From: Thermodesulfobacteriota bacterium
GTDB taxonomy: Bacteria; Desulfobacterota; WTBG01; JAGOGO01
NCBI GenBank assembly: GCA_026625185.1
Contig: CP113000.1
Coordinates: 495,622 to 527,621, forward strand
Length of the DNA stretch: 32,000 bases
Direction: 5' to 3'
Numbering within the stretch: position 1 is the first letter of the stretch; each line of letters starts with the position of its first letter. Positions 25,240-30,562 of the stretch are shown here, piece after piece. The position numbers were made by a program, and so were the translations under genes. The notes below the pieces were generated by a model, which saw only the letters and a program-made list of their open reading frames with translations, did no database searches and was not told the origin of the DNA.

Positions 25240-25451
25240 TCTTTTAATCTAAGCAAGTTTGAGGGCACTATCGGATAAAACCAGGATTTGCGAAGTAAAA
25301 TCAATTCCCTGGGAAAAAGGACAGCTTACTTAGAAGCGGGAGTACCAAGGGAGGGTGGGGTCAATCAAGGCGATGCTTCCTTCGTGGAAACCGCCCGCTC
25401 TACCGCAAAAAAGGCCGGGTGATTTACTTACTCTATAATTAATTGTTAAAC
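25234..25451 (+). repeat. family-1 repeat copy F (diverged, ~150-nt structured insert)
   Basis: The left arm ataaatcttttaatCTAAGCAAG ... ggcacTATCGGA resembles aaatcataaaattCTTAACAAC ... ggtcTTATACGGA. The right arm ctataattaattGTTAAAC has a core at 25445-25451 that fits GTTRRRY. The interior has long-range stems (gaagcggg/cccgctc, ccaaggga/tccttcgtgg). Confidence 0.4.
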
Positions 25452-25463
25452 TGGAGGAAAGCT

Positions 25464-25775
25464 ATGAAAAAAATTATAATAATTGCAATGTTAATTAGTC
25501 TTTTGTCTATCCCTGCCGGGTCATTCGCCCAAACAGGCGATCGTCCCTGTCCCACAATGGGTGAAAAGCTTGCAGATTTATGCCTTCTAAGGCCTGTTTG
25601 CCTTGTCGGGGCCTGCGTGTCTACCGGGCTTTGTGTTGCCGTTTCTATCCCAGCAACTCTTATGGGGGCCGGTCCAGAGGTTGGCGATGCCCTATTTGTA
25701 ACTCCCTGGCGATACACTGCTGATAGACCACTTGGCGAATTTTGTTATTATAAAGACGGCACCCCGATAAGATAA
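25464..25775 (+). CDS. small secreted protein, hypothetical
   Basis: ATG at 25464 with SD ggagga at 25453-25458. Signal peptide MKKIIIIAMLISLLSIPAGSFA|Q. The mature ~80 aa are Cys-rich. No known family. Confidence 0.55.
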   Translation: MKKIIIIAMLISLLSIPAGSFAQTGDRPCPTMGEKLADLCLLRPVCLVGACVSTGLCVAVSIPATLMGAGPEVGDALFVTPWRYTADRPLGEFCYYKDGTPIR

Positions 25776-25834
25776 TTAAAATATTTTTACTTTAATTAAT
25801 GAGGATTGAGGGCAATGCTTTTCACAAAATAAAA

Positions 25835-25876
25835 AAGGCCGTATTGCCATAAATAAAATGGCAAGGGCCTTTTTCT
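25835..25876 (+). terminator. rho-independent terminator
   Basis: aaggccgtattgccat / atggcaagggcctt stem (ggcc and ttgccat/atggcaa paired, small internal bulge) followed by tttttc. Confidence 0.65.
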
Positions 25877-25902
25877 GCTTTGGGGAGTAGCACAATCGGT
25901 TC

Positions 25903-26110
25903 AATCTGAAATTTTAACAGGGGTGTTATGCCGATCCGTATAACACACCTACAAAAACGGTGGGTATTTTAAATAAACTGTAATAATCAACCATTATGGC
26001 TCAATTTTAAGATGCTTTTTAGGTGTCTTATATGGATTGGGTAACCAATTTGGGGACTTATATTTATCCGTATAATCACTGTTAAGTTCCATCAAATTCA
26101 ATCGTTATAG
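25903..26110 (+). repeat. family-1 repeat copy E (long, ~208 bp)
   Basis: The left arm aatctgaaatTTTAACAGgggtgttatgccgat matches copy C closely (cTTAACAACggggttttatgccgac). The right arm ccatcaaattcaatcGTTATAG (26104-26110) resembles copy D (ccaatataactatcGTTATGC). It contains the direct repeat ATCCGTATAAYCAC at 25934 and 26066. Confidence 0.45.
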
Positions 26111-26118
26111 GAGGGCGT

Positions 26119-26970
26119 ATGACTATCTATGAACAGTTGTTAGATTACTGTGAGGCACAGAAACGAATATATGGAAAGGTGACCTTCACATCAGGTGAAT
26201 TGAAAGACGCTCTTCTCGAAAGCCATGGCACTCCCAGAACCAGCACCCTTCCACCAGACTATTGTTACAACATTATGAACGATGGTATTCATTTCAAGCA
26301 TCATCTATTTGAACAAATTGGAGAAACCTACAAGTTCTTGGGTCCAGGCTATCTGTATTCCGGGGTCATTACCTGGAAAGGTACCCCAGTGGGTGCTTGG
26401 CAAGAAGGCAGCTTCTTCTTATGGAAATTGTTTCGGAAGGTAAATCGCAGGTATTACAGGCCCGAGTTGAGGCCAACAGAAACGAGCGAGGCAAGTCCAG
26501 GTACTCTTCAAGAGGTGATTGAGCGTGGTAATATTTCTCCTGGCTCTTTGCATACGGTTGATAGCCCGGCTCCAGAAGAAAACCTTTTGCTTCCCTTTAT
26601 TGATGTTCGGGAGGTCCAGAGAAAGGACGCAACAGTTTCAAGAATCATAAGAGACACCAAGCAAACAAAATTGATTAAGCAACTCTACAAACATTGCTGC
26701 CAGGTTTGCGGAATCGCATTGCAGACATCTGCCGGTCCCTATGCTGAAGCTGCTCATATCGTTCCCCTTGGCCAACCGCATAATGGATCAGACACAGTCG
26801 ACAATATTCTATGCCTTTGCCCAAACCACCATGTTCTATTCGACTATGGCGCATTCTCAGTCAGCGATTCTCTTATCCTATTGGGAATGCCCGGAAAATT
26901 ATCCGTGCATCCACAACATATAATCAGCAAGAAGTACCTTGCGCATCACAGAAATCGAAACATTAAATAA
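26119..26970 (+). CDS. HNH_2-type endonuclease with uncharacterised N-terminal domain
   Basis: SD aggaggg. The C-terminus 'CCQVCGIAL ... YAEAAHIVPL ... DTVDNILCLCPNHHVLFDYGAF' is the HNH_2 motif seen in type IV (modification-dependent) restriction enzymes. The N-terminal ~180 aa (PPDYCYNIMNDGIHF ... FEQIGETYKFLG) are unassigned. Confidence 0.8.
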   Translation: MTIYEQLLDYCEAQKRIYGKVTFTSGELKDALLESHGTPRTSTLPPDYCYNIMNDGIHFKHHLFEQIGETYKFLGPGYLYSGVITWKGTPVGAWQEGSFFLWKLFRKVNRRYYRPELRPTETSEASPGTLQEVIERGNISPGSLHTVDSPAPEENLLLPFIDVREVQRKDATVSRIIRDTKQTKLIKQLYKHCCQVCGIALQTSAGPYAEAAHIVPLGQPHNGSDTVDNILCLCPNHHVLFDYGAFSVSDSLILLGMPGKLSVHPQHIISKKYLAHHRNRNIK

Positions 26971-26979
26971 ACACTTGGC

Positions 26980-27037
26980 ACCTAACCAAAGGATTCACCG
27001 GTTGGCTTAAAGCCGCCGGTGATCCTTGCAGTTGGGC
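26980..27037 (+). repeat. integron attC site (canonical, 58 bp)
   Basis: ACCTAAC (fits RYYYAAC, 26980-26986) ... GTTGGGC (fits GTTRRRY, 27031-27037). AAGGATTCACCGG pairs with CCGGTGATCCTT with one extrahelical T. Apical stem ggctt/aagcc. Confidence 0.85.
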
Positions 27038-27062
27038 AGTAATTTAAAGCGAATTAATTTAT

Positions 27063-27908
27063 ATGGGTCATCATTATCTACCACAATATTATTTAAAAGG
27101 ATTTACAGAAACGCCCGATAATATGTTATGGGCTTATGAAAAAGGTACTGGAAATAAATTTAATACTCAAATCAAAAGCTTAGCCAATATTACAGATTTT
27201 TATTCGGAGGAAACCGAACAATATTTAGCAAATGACATTGAAGGTCCAGCAAATGAGGTTCTTGATAAAATTCGTAGTCGGCATTTAATCAGTGAAGAAG
27301 ATAAAAATACTTTTGCAGAGTATATGGCAGTAATGTGGAAACGTGTACCTCGTGCGAAAGAATATTTAAAAAACATGGCACCTCGCCTTGCCGATGAAAT
27401 AGGAAAAAAATTGAGCACTGATTTGAGTTATATAGTTGAGCAAGCGCCGGAAAAAACGGAGTTTATAGAAAAGCGACAAAAGGAAATCGACGATATTTTA
27501 GCAATTTATGCCACAGATCCCCCTAAAGATATTTGGCTGGGAAATATTCCTCCAGAACGAACACCAAGAATTGTTGAGGCAATGAAGGCAATGACTTGGA
27601 CATTCTGGGAATTTGATCAATATCCAGCATTTTTAACATGCGATAATCCGGTTTTCTATTTCACGTGGATGGGTGTTGGAAAAAAAGAATCAGAGATTTC
27701 CTTTCCAATTTCAAGTCATATTGTTTTATGGGCGACATGGAGAGCAGATTTGCCTCGTAATTTCATAACGGCTTCTTCCCAAATTGTAAAGGAAATGAAC
27801 AGAAGAATTGTTCACAATGCGAACAGGTTTGCTTTTCATTGCAGAGATGAGCATTGGATAGTTCCTTTTATAAAAAAGGAAATTTGGAAGCTGAATCGAA
27901 TTGCGTAA
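27063..27908 (+). CDS. DUF4238 domain protein
   Basis: The N-terminal 'HHYLPQYYLKGF' is the DUF4238 signature. 281 aa, a single-gene cassette between two canonical attC sites. Confidence 0.8.
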   Translation: MGHHYLPQYYLKGFTETPDNMLWAYEKGTGNKFNTQIKSLANITDFYSEETEQYLANDIEGPANEVLDKIRSRHLISEEDKNTFAEYMAVMWKRVPRAKEYLKNMAPRLADEIGKKLSTDLSYIVEQAPEKTEFIEKRQKEIDDILAIYATDPPKDIWLGNIPPERTPRIVEAMKAMTWTFWEFDQYPAFLTCDNPVFYFTWMGVGKKESEISFPISSHIVLWATWRADLPRNFITASSQIVKEMNRRIVHNANRFAFHCRDEHWIVPFIKKEIWKLNRIA

Positions 27909-27925
27909 TTTTGAATTTAATGTTT

Positions 27926-27992
27926 GCCCAACCAGGCGTTTCACCGACCCACTAGGGCTTCGGCGAGTGGGCCGGTGAACTAATCGTTCGGT
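27926..27992 (+). repeat. integron attC site (67 bp)
   Basis: GCCCAAC (27926-27932), unpaired spacer CAGGCG / CTAATC, and a 14-of-15-bp stem TTCACCGACCCACT / AGTGGGCCGGTGAA. The core GTTCGGT (27986-27992) has one deviation from GTTRRRY. Confidence 0.8.
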
Positions 27993-28003
27993 GAATAATT
28001 ATA

Positions 28004-28699
28004 GTGTCCTTTAAAATGAATGCATATGCTTTAAATCTCGCAGTTCTTGAAGGTCATGGAAATGTAGAAAAAAATGCTTTTGAACTAAGCTATGGTTTAT
28101 TTCATGGTACAGCTTTTGGTATCGCTCTTGATTTGTTTCTGACTGCTGCCCACGTTTTCAAAGATGCTCAGGGAGATGGCGAAGTAGCCTTGGCTCGGCT
28201 TACACCCGGCCACTTCCATGCTCAGACGGTAAGGGATTTTGAAATTTTTGATGATATTGACCTCGCTCTTCTGAATTGTAATAACCTGTCTGCAGAGATA
28301 TTGCCATTTAACTTTACACCCCTCAATTTTCTTGTTGATGTTTTCACTATGGGTTATCCCTTTGGATTCGAACCTCCAGTTTACCACCTTAGGGCCTTCA
28401 AAGGGCATATTGTTACCCGTCGAGGCTTGACAAGCTTGCCGGGAGTTCCTCTTGGATATGAACTATCGTTTGTGCCACCACCGGGATTATCGGGTGCCCC
28501 GCTTCTGACACTCTTGCCTGACGGTTCTCCAGTGATAGCAGGAATGGTACTTCAGCATCATATTGCAGAGTACCGCAAACGCCGAATGGAATTAGGGATA
28601 GCTCTCGATATAGGAGAAATACTCACTTTGGAAAGCCGAATTGTTGGGGGTAATATAGCTGAACGACTTTTTAATCGAAAACGTCTTGTTCGCAAATGA
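28004..28699 (+). CDS. cytoplasmic trypsin-like (S1/Trypsin_2) serine protease
   Basis: Catalytic triad motifs in the correct order: 'FLTAAHVF' (His), 'DIDLALL' (Asp), 'PPPGLSGAPLL' (Ser). No signal peptide. The start is either GTG 28004 or ATG 28016. Confidence 0.7.
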   Translation: MSFKMNAYALNLAVLEGHGNVEKNAFELSYGLFHGTAFGIALDLFLTAAHVFKDAQGDGEVALARLTPGHFHAQTVRDFEIFDDIDLALLNCNNLSAEILPFNFTPLNFLVDVFTMGYPFGFEPPVYHLRAFKGHIVTRRGLTSLPGVPLGYELSFVPPPGLSGAPLLTLLPDGSPVIAGMVLQHHIAEYRKRRMELGIALDIGEILTLESRIVGGNIAERLFNRKRLVRK

Positions 28700-28737
28700 A
28701 AGCAATAAAGACAGACATTGAGAACACCGAACAAACT

Positions 28738-28788
28738 CATTAACTCGGACTGGCAATTTCGCTGCGCTCCATTGTCATCCGGTTATGC
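28738..28788 (+). repeat. integron attC site (short, 51 bp)
   Basis: CATTAAC ... GTTATGC (TAAC/GTTA paired). cggaCtggcaat pairs with attgtcatccg with one bulged C and one mismatch. 13-nt loop. Confidence 0.65.
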
Positions 28789-28814
28789 GGAGCTTTATAT
28801 TAAAAAAAGGGAAT

Positions 28815-28922
28815 GTCCCTAAAATCATAAAATTCTTAACAACGGCTCCTTATGCTGAATTTTTTTATAAATTAGATAATACATTTTGGTTTTTATAGGG
28901 ACCAATATAACTATCGTTATGC
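28815..28922 (+). repeat. attC-like site, family-1 copy D
   Basis: gtccctaaaatcataaaattCTTAACAAC (28835-28843), a ~60-nt AT-rich variable region, then gggaccaatataactatcGTTATGC (28916-28922). It begins 26 nt after the preceding attC. Confidence 0.55.
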
Positions 28923-29584
28923 TAAATCAAAAACCCGATAAATGCGTGCCTGCCACTGATTTGTGTGCTCATAGCGATTCTGCTGAGCGCTCGGAGTACC
29001 TGCGGCATGGTCGAAAACTTGAGTATTTTACCATCGGTTGGAACATAGTGGAGGCTGGTGTTGCTGTTGTTGCCGGCTGGTTTGCCGGAAGCATTGCTTT
29101 GGTAGGTTTTGGAGTTGATTCGCTCATAGAGAGTATTTCCGGTTCAATACTTCTTTGGCGTTTATCCTCTCCCGTTCATGACGAGAGTCGTGAGCGGATC
29201 GCCATCAAACTCGTGGGTATCAGTTTTCTTATTCTTGCCGCATATATCGCTTTCGATGCTACCCAGTCCCTCCTCGTTCATGAGCCGCCGAACGCAAGCA
29301 TTATCGGCATCGGTCTATCGGTCGCCTCGCTCATCATCATGCCTATCCTCGCTCGCGCAAAACGCCTATCTGCGATAAATCTGGAGAGCCGCGCAATGAA
29401 GGCCGACTCACGCCAGACCGATTTTTGTGCCTATCTTTCGGCTATTTTGCTCGGCGGCCTTATGCTTAATGCACTTTTCGGTTGGTGGTGGGCCGACCCC
29501 GTGGCAGCGCTGATTATGGTGCCAATTATTGCGCGGGAAGGCTTTGAAGGCTTGCGCGGGGAGGTTTGTAATGACTGTCGTTAA
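28919..29584 (+). CDS. cation diffusion facilitator-type cation transporter (TMD-only form)
   Basis: ATG at 28919. 'AGSIALVGFGVDSLIESISG' and 'KADSRQTDFCAYLS', with 5-6 TM helices. It lacks the usual cytoplasmic C-terminal domain. Visibly GC-richer than the neighbouring cassettes. Confidence 0.7.
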   Translation: MLNQKPDKCVPATDLCAHSDSAERSEYLRHGRKLEYFTIGWNIVEAGVAVVAGWFAGSIALVGFGVDSLIESISGSILLWRLSSPVHDESRERIAIKLVGISFLILAAYIAFDATQSLLVHEPPNASIIGIGLSVASLIIMPILARAKRLSAINLESRAMKADSRQTDFCAYLSAILLGGLMLNALFGWWWADPVAALIMVPIIAREGFEGLRGEVCNDCR

Positions 29585-29659
29585 GATGCGACAAAACTAT
29601 TCGTGGAAAAATTTCTTTTCAAAGTACAGACGGTATAATTATTATTAGGAGAGAAAGAA

Positions 29660-30073
29660 ATGCAACTATCCAAGCTCATCGCGAGAATGGCAGCCGTAAT
29701 ATACCTGTCGGCGAGCCTGGGGGCTTTTTTCAGCGCCGACTATTATCGCAAGGTCTCAGAGGATCTGTTCAACAACGCAGGACTGACCTACCTGGCCGGT
29801 TTCATGACCATCATCATTGGATTGCTCATCGTGCATTACCACAATATTTGGGCGAAGAACTGGACGGTTCTGGTCACTTTTCTTGGCTGGCTCGCTCTGC
29901 TGAAAGGGCTCCTCTTAATCGTCTGCCCGGGGTTTATGCATAGCTTATCCGAAGGAATGCTCACAGAATGGGGTTTAAAAATCTTCCCATATACTTCCTT
30001 TTGTCTGGGGTTATTGTTTGGTTATTTCGGGTTTTTGTCGGCCACGCCTCCTAACCAATCACTCCGGAATTAG
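29660..30073 (+). CDS. hypothetical 4-TM membrane protein
   Basis: 137 aa, SD aggagag. Four hydrophobic helices. No attC-like site separates it from the CDF gene, so the two are probably one cassette. Confidence 0.5.
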   Translation: MQLSKLIARMAAVIYLSASLGAFFSADYYRKVSEDLFNNAGLTYLAGFMTIIIGLLIVHYHNIWAKNWTVLVTFLGWLALLKGLLLIVCPGFMHSLSEGMLTEWGLKIFPYTSFCLGLLFGYFGFLSATPPNQSLRN

Positions 30074-30332
30074 GGATGGGAAATGCGTTGAAGGTTCGTT
30101 CTCCGCTTGCACCCGATGAACCGGTGACGCTAATGCCTCAAAAAAGCTGTGGGAGCACGTCAAGTGCGCCGGGATAAACCAGCATGGACTATGGAATGAG
30201 GAGGGAAAAGTGATAGGATTGGACAACGTGCCCAACCTTATGCTACAATAACTTTTAATGAGAATAAAACGATCGAGATAAAATTAATGGTATTGATTCA
30301 GCTTCGCTTCTCGTTCGGCAGAAGGAAAAATA

Positions 30333-30485
30333 ATGATAGAAATTCGCAAAGAACAACCTGATGAGGATATTCCTGTTATTCGGGTTATCAATGAACGAGA
30401 TTTCAGACAGCCGCCCAAAACCAAACCGTTAGGCGACCCAGCATCCAAATCGAGAACACTCGGTCCCATTCTTTGTCGGACATGA
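30333..30485 (+). pseudogene. GNAT-family N-acetyltransferase remnant
   Basis: 'MIEIRKEQPDEDIPVIRVINERDF' is a typical GNAT N-terminus. The frame ends after 50 codons, and a shifted frame continues as PFFVGHDGGGH* (compare 'lvae.dG.vvGH'). No acetyl-CoA-binding motif follows. Confidence 0.45.
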
Positions 30486-30562
30486 CGGAGGCGGTCATTA
30501 GTGCAACCGTCTCTTTGCGTTAATTGACCACGGGGTAACATAGAAAGAAAAAAAGTGATTTC

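Larger units (their letters stand above)
25234..30330 (+). mobile_element. integron-type gene cassette array 2 (no intI in window)
   Basis: Co-oriented genes are separated by three canonical attC hairpins and three family-1 repeats. The array ends in a GNAT pseudogene at the GC jump near 30.55 kb. Confidence 0.7.

Noticed and set aside
25246-25442. Candidate riboswitch in the ~200-nt leader of the small secreted protein. It contains GGCGATG (fluoride-like), aaaaaaggccgggtga (ykkC-like) and gggagta (yybP-like) strings.
   Set aside because: None of the conserved cores is complete (no CTGATGA, no CCGAGAG, no GGGGAGTAG context). The two ends match the family-1 repeat arms, so it is better explained as a long attC-like repeat. 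It is kept only as an alternative in the finding at 25211-25463.
3296-28922. The repeated elements as a CRISPR array
   Set aside because: The units are 51-215 bp imperfect palindromes of variable length, separated by whole genes (0.3-3 kb) rather than 25-50 bp spacers. No cas genes are present.
30358-30365. CTGATGAG hammerhead-ribozyme core string
   Set aside because: There is no downstream GAAA core or flanking helices, and the string falls within the codons of the GNAT remnant (P-D-E-D).
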